Below are positions 25,687 through 36,408 of a stretch of DNA of 38,238 nt, in pieces. A model generated the notes under the pieces. It saw only the letters and a program-made list of their open reading frames with translations. It did not search any database and had not been told where the DNA came from. Within the stretch, counting starts at the first letter, position 1. Each line of letters opens with the position of its first letter. The DNA lies in the NCBI GenBank assembly GCA_964599005.1, contig CAZRDU010000002.1, positions 1 through 38,238 of the forward strand, in the 5' to 3' direction. Made by a program: the position numbers and the translations under genes. This DNA is from an uncultured Thermotogae bacterium. GTDB taxonomy: Bacteria > Bipolaricaulota > Bipolaricaulia > M55B111.

Positions 25687-25933
25687 GACAAAGATTTTGA
25701 ACGAACTGAGAAAGGGAAAAACGCTTGACCAGCTAGTCGAAAAGCTCGATATGCGGAAACAAACTATAAAGGCCATGATCGAATTACTGCGGCATCAGGG
25801 TCACCTGAAAGAAGTGGATTGCGATTCTTCCTGCAACAATTGTCCGATGAGCAAGTCCTGTCCGGTACCCGTTACCGGCAGGGAAAAATTGTACGTGGTA
25901 AATGATGAAGAAAGCACCGACAAGCCTCAGTGA
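25676..25933 (+). CDS. FeoC-like winged-helix protein with a C-terminal 4-Cys motif
   Basis: GGAGAGGAG SD and an 11 nt overlap with the upstream gene. ILNELRKGKTLDQLVEKLDMRKQTIKAMIELLRHQGHLKEV (wHTH-like) is followed by DCDSSCNNCPMSKSCP, which parallels the FeoC C..GSCKSCP cluster. Confidence 0.6.
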   Translation: MKDRTKILNELRKGKTLDQLVEKLDMRKQTIKAMIELLRHQGHLKEVDCDSSCNNCPMSKSCPVPVTGREKLYVVNDEESTDKPQ

Positions 25934-26074
25934 ATTGCCCTGACAACCCTTTCCGCAATCCCCTTATTCAAATCAAGATATCCTTCTCTGAGTCCAAATA
26001 GTACTTTATTTTTCTTTTCACTTCGCTATACTTCTAAGGTAATCAAGATGAAATTACGGCGGTGAAATACTTTA

Positions 26075-28711
26075 ATGGGCGACACTAAACCCTGGACGGT
26101 ACCAGCGGATAAGGCTTACGAAGAGCTTTCCTCCTCTCCTGAAGGACTAACAGAAGAAGAGTCACGAAAAAGATTAGACAGGTACGGAAGCAACGAACTT
26201 GAGGAAGAAGAAGGGGTATCCCCGTTCAAACTCTTCCTCGAACAGTTTGCCGATTTCCTAATAATAATCCTGCTTATCGCGGCAACTCTTTCCCTGATCC
26301 TTGGCCACCAGGTCGACTTTTACCTGATAATAGCTATAGTTATCGGCAATGGGATATTCGGGTTTATCCAGGACTGGAAAGCAGAACAATCGATCCGGGC
26401 GCTGAAGGAAATGGCTTCGCCGGATGCAGTTGTCTATCGCGACGGAAAAAAGAAGGAAATACCTCTGGAAGAGGTCGTCCCCGGCGATTTGATCTCTCTG
26501 GAACAGGGGGCCGCAATCCCGGCAGACGGGAGACTCGTTGACGCCCAGAGCCTGAAGGTAGACGAATCCGCTCTTACAGGAGAAAGCGAGCCCGTCAAGA
26601 AAGGACTGGCGCCGGTGGAGAAGGAAAGCGACCTGGCGGAAAGGAGTAATTTCGTCTACAAGAACACCAACGTCGTCCGGGGCCGTGGAAAAGCAATAGT
26701 AACTTCGACCGGGATGGACACTGAAATCGGCAAGGTAGCTCAAAAACTTCAGGAAGTAGAGAAGGAAAAAACGCCGTTCCAGAAGGAAGTAGACAAATTA
26801 GGCAAGCAACTGGGTACCGTTCTGCTGGCTCTGTCCGCGCTTATTATCCCAATTTCAATTTTCCTGCACGGAACCGGCTGGCTCGAAGCCTTCCTGACAG
26901 CGGTAGCGCTTGCCGTAGCTGCAATTCCGGAGGGGCTCCCGGCTGTAGTTACCCTGGCACTTGCCATGGGAACGAAGAAGATGACCAGGCGAAACGCCCT
27001 GACCAGGAGACTGGCTGCTGTCGAATCCCTTGGTTCTGTAGATACGATCTGCACCGATAAAACGGGAACTCTAACGGAAAACGAGATGACGGTCCAGAGA
27101 ATTTATACCGACTCCGGAGAGATGGAGATGTCGGAGGAAGATATTTCGGAAATCGGACAGAGTAAAAGGGATGGCGCAGAGGAACTTATTTTCAAAACCG
27201 GGGTTCTCTGTAACGACGCGGAGTTACAGGAGGACGAGGAGGTTATTGGGGATCCCACCGAAGCCGCGCTGCTAAAATCCGCCCGCAAAGCCGGCTTTGA
27301 TTTAACTAACCTGAACGAGAAAAACGAGAGATTGCGCGAGGTTCCGTTCTCCTCGGATCGTAAGATGATGACGACCGTGAATCAGTCCTCCGATGGCCCG
27401 GTCGCTTATATGAAAGGAGCACCGTCCGTCGTACTGGACAAATGTGACAGTTACCGGGCAGACGGCCAGGTAGAACAGCTAACTCCGGAGAAAAAAGAAG
27501 AGTTCGAAGCCAAAGTGGAAGAATTCGCCGGCGACGCCCTCAGGGTTCTTGGTTTCGCCACGGGAGACATAGAGCGAGACAAAATCGAAGGGATGGATAA
27601 TTCTGAGATAGAGAAAAACCTTACGTTCGTCGGCCTACAGGGCATGCTGGACCCCCCGAGGCAGGAGGTAAGTGAGGCCATCAACTCCTGCAGGCAGGCA
27701 GGTATAAGAACAGTTATGGTTACCGGGGATAACGCTATAACGGCCGAGGCCATAGGGAAAGAACTGGGGTTCACCGGCGATGTACTGACGGGAAAAGACC
27801 TGGATAAATTAAGTGAGTCCGAACTCAGGTCCCGGATTTCCGAGGTCGACATTTACGCTCGCGTTTCCCCCTCGCACAAGTTAAAAATTCTTAATCTAAT
27901 CAAGGAAGAAGAATCTCACGTCGTCGCGATGACCGGAGACGGGGTAAACGATGCTCCTTCGTTGAAGCGATCGGACGTCGGCATCTCGATGGGCATCAGA
28001 GGAACCGATGTGGCCAAAGGAGCATCGGACATAGTTCTGCTCGACGATAACTTCGCTTCTATCAAGGACGCCGTGGCGGAAGGGAGAACTATTTTTGACA
28101 ATATAAGGAAGTTCGTCGGGCTTCTCCTTTCCGGCAATCTCGCCGAAGTCCTTACGGTCTTTATCGCATCTCTGGTCGGACTCGGACTACCTCTTACGGC
28201 TCCGATGTTATTATGGGTCAATCTTCTTACGGACGGGCTTCCCGCCGTCGCTCTCGGAGCGGACGGGAAATCTCGCGGCGTCATGGACCGCTCGCCCCGG
28301 GAAGAAGGAGAAGGTGTAATCAGCAACTATCTCATTTTCATCATCCTTGGAATTGGGATAAGCCTAACTACTTTGATCTTGTTCTCTTTCAACCACTTTC
28401 TCCCGAAGATTGAACTGGCAAGGACAGTTGCTTTTACCGAACTGGTCCTGATAGAGCTACTTGAAATCTGGCCGATCAGAAAGATATTCGGGCAACCGAT
28501 CAAGCGTAATAACTGGTTATACCTTGCGATAGGGGTATCAATTATGGCACAGTTCGCAGTCATTTATTCTCCTCTGAACAGCTTCTTTGGACTCGTGCCG
28601 CTGGGTCTTTACCCCTGGCTAGTGATTCTTTCCGCCGTTGCGATATTCGGTTCCTCCATATGGATATACGTCAAACTAGGGCAAAAATTATTCAATTTCA
28701 GCCCAAATTAG
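26075..28711 (+). CDS. P-type cation-transporting ATPase, P2 (Ca2+-ATPase-like) subfamily
   Basis: TGES actuator motif, [16 protein letters not shown] (M4), phosphorylation site [16 protein letters not shown], and hinge [12 protein letters not shown]. 878 aa with about 10 TM helices. Confidence 0.93.
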   Translation: MGDTKPWTVPADKAYEELSSSPEGLTEEESRKRLDRYGSNELEEEEGVSPFKLFLEQFADFLIIILLIAATLSLILGHQVDFYLIIAIVIGNGIFGFIQDWKAEQSIRALKEMASPDAVVYRDGKKKEIPLEEVVPGDLISLEQGAAIPADGRLVDAQSLKVDESALTGESEPVKKGLAPVEKESDLAERSNFVYKNTNVVRGRGKAIVTSTGMDTEIGKVAQKLQEVEKEKTPFQKEVDKLGKQLGTVLLALSALIIPISIFLHGTGWLEAFLTAVALAVAAIPEGLPAVVTLALAMGTKKMTRRNALTRRLAAVESLGSVDTICTDKTGTLTENEMTVQRIYTDSGEMEMSEEDISEIGQSKRDGAEELIFKTGVLCNDAELQEDEEVIGDPTEAALLKSARKAGFDLTNLNEKNERLREVPFSSDRKMMTTVNQSSDGPVAYMKGAPSVVLDKCDSYRADGQVEQLTPEKKEEFEAKVEEFAGDALRVLGFATGDIERDKIEGMDNSEIEKNLTFVGLQGMLDPPRQEVSEAINSCRQAGIRTVMVTGDNAITAEAIGKELGFTGDVLTGKDLDKLSESELRSRISEVDIYARVSPSHKLKILNLIKEEESHVVAMTGDGVNDAPSLKRSDVGISMGIRGTDVAKGASDIVLLDDNFASIKDAVAEGRTIFDNIRKFVGLLLSGNLAEVLTVFIASLVGLGLPLTAPMLLWVNLLTDGLPAVALGADGKSRGVMDRSPREEGEGVISNYLIFIILGIGISLTTLILFSFNHFLPKIELARTVAFTELVLIELLEIWPIRKIFGQPIKRNNWLYLAIGVSIMAQFAVIYSPLNSFFGLVPLGLYPWLVILSAVAIFGSSIWIYVKLGQKLFNFSPN

Positions 28712-29068
28712 GCCTGCACCCGTCAACTTCAAATTCCTGACAGCCCATCGATAAAACCAGGCGTCTTTTCGGTCCGGTTATTTCTACTGGAAATTGTCCC
28801 GAAATCCCCTTCAAATTTGGTGATTTATAATAGACCTGATCACCATTTTCGGTCAGTTGTTGCCAGTTGTCGGCAAGCGAAAATCATCTTCTCTCTCGCT
28901 TTAGCCAGAACCTGTCCTTCCCGGGAGGGAAAGTTATAACTCCCTTCCGGAGAACGATCCAAAAACCTAACGGCAATCGCGTTTCGGATGCAGGCAAGTC
29001 ATCGCTTGAATCCGAGGAAATAACCTAAGAAAATTGGAAAGGTCAAGTCTTCAAATCTTCTTCACAAG

Positions 29069-29097
29069 TTATTCATATTTAGAACTTATAGTATAAT
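29069..29097 (+). promoter_or_regulatory. Possible promoter of htrA
   Basis: Consensus TATAAT at 29092-29097, with only a weak -35 (TTATTC, 29069-29074, 17 nt spacer). It lies 40 nt upstream of ATG 29137. Confidence 0.3.
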
Positions 29098-29136
29098 TGA
29101 CTAAGAAAACCAACTATAACATGGAGGAGATAATCC

Positions 29137-30597
29137 ATGAACTGGAAAAACAGACCCCTAACCGCGGTTTTAGCTCTGATAATCGGTACTGGAATTATCG
29201 CCACAGGCGTCATTTCAGCTGGGGGAGCGGAAGAAAATCTCGTAGATTCTCAACAAACTGCTATAACAAGAGCAGCGGAGAAGGTAGGGCCGGCAGTTGC
29301 AAGAGTCGAAGTCACCAAAAGCCTATCACGGAGCGGTCCTTCCAGCTTCTTCGAAGATCCTTTCTTCAGGTACTTCTTCGGCGAGCCGCCACAGAGGGAA
29401 GAAAGAGAGGTAGAATCTTTGGGCTCCGGCTTTGTAATTAGCTGGCAGGGAAAGAAGTACGTCCTGACAAATCAGCACGTCGTATCGGGCGCAAAAGAAA
29501 TCAACCTGGTTTTCAAGGACGGAGCAACGTACCAGGCTGAAGTGGTCGGTTCAGACGAAATGATCGACGTCGCCGTTTTGAAGTTTACAGGTGACAGAAG
29601 CACGGATGATCTACCAACTGTTACCTTCGGAGACCCGGAAAGCACTCCTATCGGTAGCTGGGTGGTGGCAATAGGAAACCCGGAAGGATTTGAAAACTCG
29701 GTAACGGCAGGAGTTCTTAGCGCCAGGAACAGGTCGATCCCGAAGCCAAACAGCGAGGGAAGTTACCAGAACTTGCTTCAGACCGACGCAGCGATCAATC
29801 CCGGTAATTCCGGCGGACCTCTCGTAAACATGCAGGGGAAAGTAATCGGCATGAATACTGCGATAATAAGGAGAAACCAGCAGGGGGTACCCATTACCGG
29901 GCTTAATTTTGCGGTATCGATAGATTCCGTGGAAAAGGTAATATCTGACCTGGTCAGAAAGGGAGAGGTCACCCGAGCATGGCTTGGAGTCTGGTTCCAG
30001 AAAATAACTCCTGAAATGGGTGAGAAATTCGGCCTGGAGAACGGAAACGGAGTTCTCATTTCGGAGGTAATAAAAGGCTCACCAGCCGACAAAGCGGGGC
30101 TTAAAGCAGGCGATGTAATTGTCAGGTTAAACGGAACGGAAATAACGGGCAGCAATCAATTCCAGCAGGAGATAATGTACCGTGAAGTCGGCGAGAAGAT
30201 CGAGCTCACGATAATCAGAAATCAGGAGCAAAACACTGTATCGGTTACACTTGGGAAAAAGACGGAAGAGCCGAAAGGGACCTCCAAGAAAGAGAATTCG
30301 ATAACGGACGATGCTTTCGGACTGACGCTTGCTGAAAATTCCGAAAAGCTCCAGGAAAATTACGATCTCGCCGTCGGGAGAGGACTCGTGGTTACCGAAG
30401 TAAAACCACTCGGTCCCGCGGGGGAACTACAGGAAGGTGACATCCTGCTCCAGGCAGGGTTGAGCAATATGGACCTTTACTCGCTCAATACGGTCGAAGA
30501 CTGGGAGAAAGTTACGAAACCACTGGAAAAAGGAGACACACTTCTAGTTAGACTGCTCAGGGGAAGGGGTTATCGTTGGATAACCTTATCCCTGTAA
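29137..30597 (+). CDS. htrA: HtrA/DegP-family serine protease with two PDZ domains
   Basis: GGAGGAG SD and an N-terminal membrane anchor. Catalytic triad contexts TNQHVV (His), DVAVLK (Asp) and GNSGGPLVN (Ser). Two PDZ-like segments (GVLISEV..GSPADKAGLKAGDVIV and GLVVTEV..GPAGELQEGDILL). Confidence 0.92.
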   Translation: MNWKNRPLTAVLALIIGTGIIATGVISAGGAEENLVDSQQTAITRAAEKVGPAVARVEVTKSLSRSGPSSFFEDPFFRYFFGEPPQREEREVESLGSGFVISWQGKKYVLTNQHVVSGAKEINLVFKDGATYQAEVVGSDEMIDVAVLKFTGDRSTDDLPTVTFGDPESTPIGSWVVAIGNPEGFENSVTAGVLSARNRSIPKPNSEGSYQNLLQTDAAINPGNSGGPLVNMQGKVIGMNTAIIRRNQQGVPITGLNFAVSIDSVEKVISDLVRKGEVTRAWLGVWFQKITPEMGEKFGLENGNGVLISEVIKGSPADKAGLKAGDVIVRLNGTEITGSNQFQQEIMYREVGEKIELTIIRNQEQNTVSVTLGKKTEEPKGTSKKENSITDDAFGLTLAENSEKLQENYDLAVGRGLVVTEVKPLGPAGELQEGDILLQAGLSNMDLYSLNTVEDWEKVTKPLEKGDTLLVRLLRGRGYRWITLSL

Positions 30598-30665
30598 ATC
30601 ATCTAAAAAGCAGCTTGAGGCTGGCTCCGTCCCCGGGGTCAGTCTCAAGTTCAACTATAAACTGA

Positions 30666-31364
30666 ATGAAGAAAACCGTACTTGTAGTTGATGACGACGA
30701 AGATTTAGTGGAATTGCTAAAAAAATACCTCGAAAAAGACGGCTACGAGGTGTTGACGGCATATGACGGGAGCGCGGCACTTAACCTCTTCAGGTTACGG
30801 GATGTCGACCTGATCGTGCTTGATCTGATGCTCCCAAAAGTCGACGGTCTGAACGTATGCCGCAGTATTAGAAGCGAGTCCCAGGTACCAATCATCATGC
30901 TGACTGCCAAGACGGAAGAGGAGGATAGAATCAAGGGACTGGATCTCGGTGCGGACGATTACGTGACAAAGCCCTTCAGTCCGGGAGAGTTACTTGCCAG
31001 AGTTAGAGCCGTTCTCCGGAGAACCGAGGACGAGGAGCAAACCGAAGTAAGCCATGGTGACTTATCCTTGAACTTCGAAACCCATCAGGTCCTGCTGGAT
31101 AACGAACCGATAGACCTGACGCCTACGGAGTTCAAAATATTTAAAACGATGGTCAAACAGCCCAGGCGTGTATTCTCTCGCCCGGACCTGATTCACTCCG
31201 CCCTTGGCTACGGTTATGAGGGTTTTGAGAGGACAATTGACGTCCACATAAAAAACATCCGGAAGAAGCTCGAACCGGACCCGGACGACCCCACCTATAT
31301 TCATACAGTTCACGGAGTCGGTTACAAGTTCGAACCTCCTTCCCTGGAAGAGGAAATCGAATAA
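30666..31364 (+). CDS. OmpR/PhoB-family response regulator
   Basis: Receiver domain (VVDDDEDL, DLIVLDLMLPKVDG, MLTAK) plus a winged-helix output domain (LTPTEFKIFKTM..., IHTVHGVGYKFE). Confidence 0.93.
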   Translation: MKKTVLVVDDDEDLVELLKKYLEKDGYEVLTAYDGSAALNLFRLRDVDLIVLDLMLPKVDGLNVCRSIRSESQVPIIMLTAKTEEEDRIKGLDLGADDYVTKPFSPGELLARVRAVLRRTEDEEQTEVSHGDLSLNFETHQVLLDNEPIDLTPTEFKIFKTMVKQPRRVFSRPDLIHSALGYGYEGFERTIDVHIKNIRKKLEPDPDDPTYIHTVHGVGYKFEPPSLEEEIE

Positions 31365-31365
31365 C

Positions 31366-32697
31366 ATGTTTGGTAGCCTGAGAATCAAGTTACTGGCAAG
31401 CTTTTTCCTGGTTATAGCGATCGCCGTAGGAACGATCGCTTACATATCTTCTAACTCGGCAATCAATCAGTTTGACCGCTACGTCAGCAGGGACCAGGCG
31501 GAAAGGTACCAGAGATTAGCCCTTACTTTCACCAATTACTATCGCTACATGGGAAGCTGGAACGAGGTAACCAGCCTAACAGAAAAGGTCTCCCAGATGT
31601 ACAGCGAAAGGATTATACTTACGGACCCGTCCGGTGCTGTCATCGGTGATACCGCGGGCGAGCTCACCGGTACCAGGGTAAACAAGGACTGGTCCAACAA
31701 ATCAGTCAGATTAACCTACGGTGATATTCAGATCGGGAAGATCTATATAAAGACCCAGGAGCGCTCCCCTCTGCAAAAAACATTTATTAACTCCGTCAAC
31801 AAATCGGTAATTACGGGTGGACTAATTGCCGGCGTATTCGGAATTATCCTCGCCCTTTTGTTCTCCCGGAATATACTGAAGCCGATTCGAGAACTTACCC
31901 GGGCGACAAAGGAAATGAAAGGCGGGGACCTCGACCAGCGCGTGGATACATCGGCCGGCGGAGAAATAGGTAAGCTCGGCGATTCTTTTAACGAACTGGC
32001 GAACAGACTGAAAGAACAGAAAACACTACGAGAAGAAATGGTTAGTGACGTTGCCCATGAATTACGAAATCCTCTTTCCAACGTGCAGGGCTATCTCGAG
32101 GGGTTAAAAGAGGGTATGGTAGAACCGAGCAAGCACGTCTTTGAATCACTCCACCAGCAATCACTGGTGTTAAGCCGTCTTGTAGACGACCTGAGAGACG
32201 TAAATCGGGCAAAAGCCGACCAGTTACAGTTAGATAAAAGGGAAATCGTCCTTGAAGATATAATAGCTAAAGAAATAGAAGCAATTAAGACTCAGGCCAA
32301 CGCTGAAGAAGTTACTATCGAAGAAAATCTGGGCGGACCTAGCCTTGTCAACGCTGACCCTGAAAGGATTACCCAGGTAATCAGAAACCTGCTGGATAAT
32401 GGACTAACCCACACGCCCCCGGGAGGAAAAATTCACCTGAAAACTCACTCCTCCGAAGAAGTCGTCGTTACTACTATTACTGATGACGGAGACGGTATCC
32501 CGGAAGAAGAACTACCACATATTTTTGACCGATTTTACAGGGTGGATAAATCCCGTTCTCGTGGAACAGGTGGTACCGGACTGGGGTTAACGATATCAAA
32601 AGAAATCGTCGAGGCCCACGAAGGTGAAATTACGGCCAGGAGTAAAGAAGGCGAGGGGTCAACTTTCGAATTTACTTTACCGCTTGCCGAGGGATGA
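31366..32697 (+). CDS. Sensor histidine kinase (2 TM, HAMP, HisKA, HATPase_c)
   Basis: The ATG lies 1 nt after the regulator stop. H-box SDVAHELRNPLS, N-box NLLDNGLTHTP, G1 DDGDGI, G2 GGTGLGLTISKEIV. Confidence 0.92.
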   Translation: MFGSLRIKLLASFFLVIAIAVGTIAYISSNSAINQFDRYVSRDQAERYQRLALTFTNYYRYMGSWNEVTSLTEKVSQMYSERIILTDPSGAVIGDTAGELTGTRVNKDWSNKSVRLTYGDIQIGKIYIKTQERSPLQKTFINSVNKSVITGGLIAGVFGIILALLFSRNILKPIRELTRATKEMKGGDLDQRVDTSAGGEIGKLGDSFNELANRLKEQKTLREEMVSDVAHELRNPLSNVQGYLEGLKEGMVEPSKHVFESLHQQSLVLSRLVDDLRDVNRAKADQLQLDKREIVLEDIIAKEIEAIKTQANAEEVTIEENLGGPSLVNADPERITQVIRNLLDNGLTHTPPGGKIHLKTHSSEEVVVTTITDDGDGIPEEELPHIFDRFYRVDKSRSRGTGGTGLGLTISKEIVEAHEGEITARSKEGEGSTFEFTLPLAEG

Positions 32698-32841
32698 ACC
32701 CCGGAGTCTATTTCCCGGTTTTCTCAACTATATTTTCGTTCTTCCGTACTAATATCCCGCGGCCAGCCTTGCCCTTTCCTGACCACACTTACCGCCGACT
32801 GTACGAGAGGAGAATTAGTTAAAGATTTCTTAAACGGGGGG

Positions 32842-32870
32842 TTGACTAAACGGGGGGTATTGGGTAAACT
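32842..32870 (+). promoter_or_regulatory. Sigma-70 promoter of groES-groEL
   Basis: TTGACT (32842-32847), a 17 nt spacer, then TAAACT (32865-32870), immediately upstream of the CIRCE element. Confidence 0.6.
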
Positions 32871-32879
32871 TTTTCTGAA

Positions 32880-32906
32880 TTAGCAGTCAGCATACAAGAG
32901 TGCTAA
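32880..32906. promoter_or_regulatory. CIRCE operator (HrcA binding site)
   Basis: TTAGCAGTC-N9-GAGTGCTAA against the consensus TTAGCACTC-N9-GAGTGCTAA (one mismatch). It lies between the promoter and the groES SD. Confidence 0.88.
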
Positions 32907-32949
32907 TCAAAGGTAATTATCAACTCAACAAAATAGAGAGGAGGTATAT

Positions 32950-33228
32950 ATGGACATCAAACCATTAGGCAGAAGAGTTCTAGTGCAGGAAGTAGAGGAA
33001 ACCGAGGAGGAGGAAGTTACTGAAGGTGGCATAGTAATACCCGATAGCGCCAAGTCGGACGACAATTACATCAAAGCGAATGTACTTGCCGTAGGTACCG
33101 ACGACAGCATCGAGGTTGAAGTCGGCGACGAAGTAATTCTTTCCAGTTTCTCGGGAACCGAGATCGAAGTCGATCAAAAAGAAATGAAGATTATTAAGAA
33201 CAACGATATTCTCGCCAAGATTGAATAA
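32950..33228 (+). CDS. groES: Co-chaperonin GroES
   Basis: MDIKPLGRRVLVQ...GGIVIPDSAK...VLAVG..., 92 aa, GAGGAGG SD, directly upstream of groEL. Confidence 0.93.
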   Translation: MDIKPLGRRVLVQEVEETEEEEVTEGGIVIPDSAKSDDNYIKANVLAVGTDDSIEVEVGDEVILSSFSGTEIEVDQKEMKIIKNNDILAKIE

Positions 33229-33250
33229 CCATAATTCAGGAGGTCAATAA

Positions 33251-34936
<1,686 letters not shown>

Positions 34937-34970
34937 CGACCTCCACCACTACACCGAAGACTTACTTATC

Positions 34971-35009
34971 CCCGCAGCGGGTTTAGCCCGCTGCGGGTTT
35001 TTTATTTTT
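34971..35009 (+). terminator. Rho-independent terminator of groESL
   Basis: An 11 bp perfect stem, CCCGCAGCGGG / CCCGCTGCGGG, with a 5 nt loop, followed by TTTTTTATTTTT. Confidence 0.88.
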
Positions 35010-35259
35010 CAGCTGCAGTCGGCCAATACGATTCTCGCCTTTAGAAATCCAGCGAAAAACTTCTTGTGATTCCTCCCCCAGTATCCTAAATTAATTTCGC
35101 TTAGATCCGTTTATTTTCGAAGTCAGAAAACCGGTCGTTAAACTGAGGTCTAACACAAGCAAACAAGCAGGTTTTATACTTTATTTTTATCGTTGAACTT
35201 CGCCAGCACGAGACTTCTAAAGGCGACGGTGATATAGGAGGGGAAGAAGCATAAGTATT

Positions 35260-36177
35260 ATGAATCAAGAACTTATCGAACATCCCACAAAAGAGTCAAC
35301 CGAAGAAGAAAAAACTGCTCTCGTCCTGGGTGGAGGCGGTGCCAGAGGGTACGCCCACCTCGGAGTCGCCCAGGCTTTGAAGCAAGCCGGGATAGAGCCG
35401 GATCTGGTAGTCGGTACCAGCATGGGTGCCGTAATCGGGGCGGCCGTCGCCAATCGGGCTAACCTTGACGGGATGATCAAAGTACTAAAACGACTTGATG
35501 TAAATAAAATCCTTAAGATTTCACGGGAAAGCCGGAGGGAACTGGAAAAAGCAATCGGAAAATCACTGGTCCGTGAAATGGGCGTGCGAAGGAGGAAAAA
35601 GGGAGAATCGGACAGAACACCCGTAAAGCTAGCACGGTTATTCACTTTCTTCAAGTTGATGACGAAAAACTCCAGTATAGAAGACCTACCGTTAAATTAC
35701 GCCGCCGTAGCAACCGACCTGCATCGGGGCCACGAAGTCGTGATCAAAGAAGGAAAGGTTTTTCGAGCGGCAGCAGCAAGTTCTGCCATTCCGGGGTTTA
35801 TTCCACCGGTAAAACTGGACGGAAAATCGCTTATCGATGGAGGAGTAGTCGACACCCTCCCGATCTTGCCTGCGTTAGAAATGGGAGCGAGCAGGGTATT
35901 GGCGGTTGACGTAAGCGAGACACTAAACCAGGATGCTGACAGAAGCCCGCTGGCCCTCTTCTACAGGACGTCAAAAATTAGACAGATCGAACTAACAAAA
36001 ACCAAAAATGCTATTGCCAGAAAAGAGCTAGGCGATAGATTGCTGATTGCACAGTTACCTGTACGTGATTTAAATTGGCTCGATTTCAACAAAGTCGAAG
36101 AAGCAGCCACTATTGGTCGTGAATTCGCGGAAGACAAATTGCCCGAGATAAAAGGGATTTTTAATCAGCGGGAATAA
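35260..36177 (+). CDS. Patatin-like phospholipase (RssA/YlbK-type)
   Basis: Oxyanion motif GGGGARGYAHLG, nucleophile elbow GTSMGA (GxSxG), and catalytic Asp in IDGGVVD. GGAGGGG SD. Confidence 0.88.
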   Translation: MNQELIEHPTKESTEEEKTALVLGGGGARGYAHLGVAQALKQAGIEPDLVVGTSMGAVIGAAVANRANLDGMIKVLKRLDVNKILKISRESRRELEKAIGKSLVREMGVRRRKKGESDRTPVKLARLFTFFKLMTKNSSIEDLPLNYAAVATDLHRGHEVVIKEGKVFRAAAASSAIPGFIPPVKLDGKSLIDGGVVDTLPILPALEMGASRVLAVDVSETLNQDADRSPLALFYRTSKIRQIELTKTKNAIARKELGDRLLIAQLPVRDLNWLDFNKVEEAATIGREFAEDKLPEIKGIFNQRE

Positions 36178-36201
36178 TAGAAATTCAAGCGAAATTTTAT
36201 T

Positions 36202-36229
36202 TTGAAATTCCCCTCAGTGCTACTATAAT
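36202..36229 (+). promoter_or_regulatory. Sigma-70 promoter upstream of the sigma-factor gene
   Basis: TTGAAA (36202-36207), a 16 nt spacer, then a consensus TATAAT (36224-36229). It implies a leader of about 170 nt before ATG 36409. Confidence 0.5.
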
Positions 36230-36408
36230 TCTCGTATGAATTGTCGTGCTTTGATGGAAATATTACAATTTGTCGTCGGATTTAACCGGACAAAATCTTT
36301 GAGTAAGGTTCATTACTCAAATCCACCTTCACATCAAGAAAAAAAATTAACCTCCATCCTGTTAAATTCCGTTACCAACCTGACTATTAAACTATTAAAG
36401 GGGGACAA

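Noticed and set aside
26258-28326. Several 100-160 aa minus-strand ORFs inside the P-type ATPase gene (26258..26743, 26749..27054, 27451..27852, 27916..28326)
   Set aside because: All are antisense to a continuous 878 aa ATPase carrying every signature motif. They are low-complexity Ser/Pro/Arg-rich translations.
29097-29441. 114 aa plus-strand ORF overlapping the start of htrA
   Set aside because: It is in an alternative frame of htrA. The ATG at 29137 follows a strong GGAGGAG SD and yields the HtrA membrane anchor.
35101-35283. 60 aa minus-strand ORF between groEL and the patatin gene
   Set aside because: It has no SD, overlaps the patatin start and SD, and has atypical composition.
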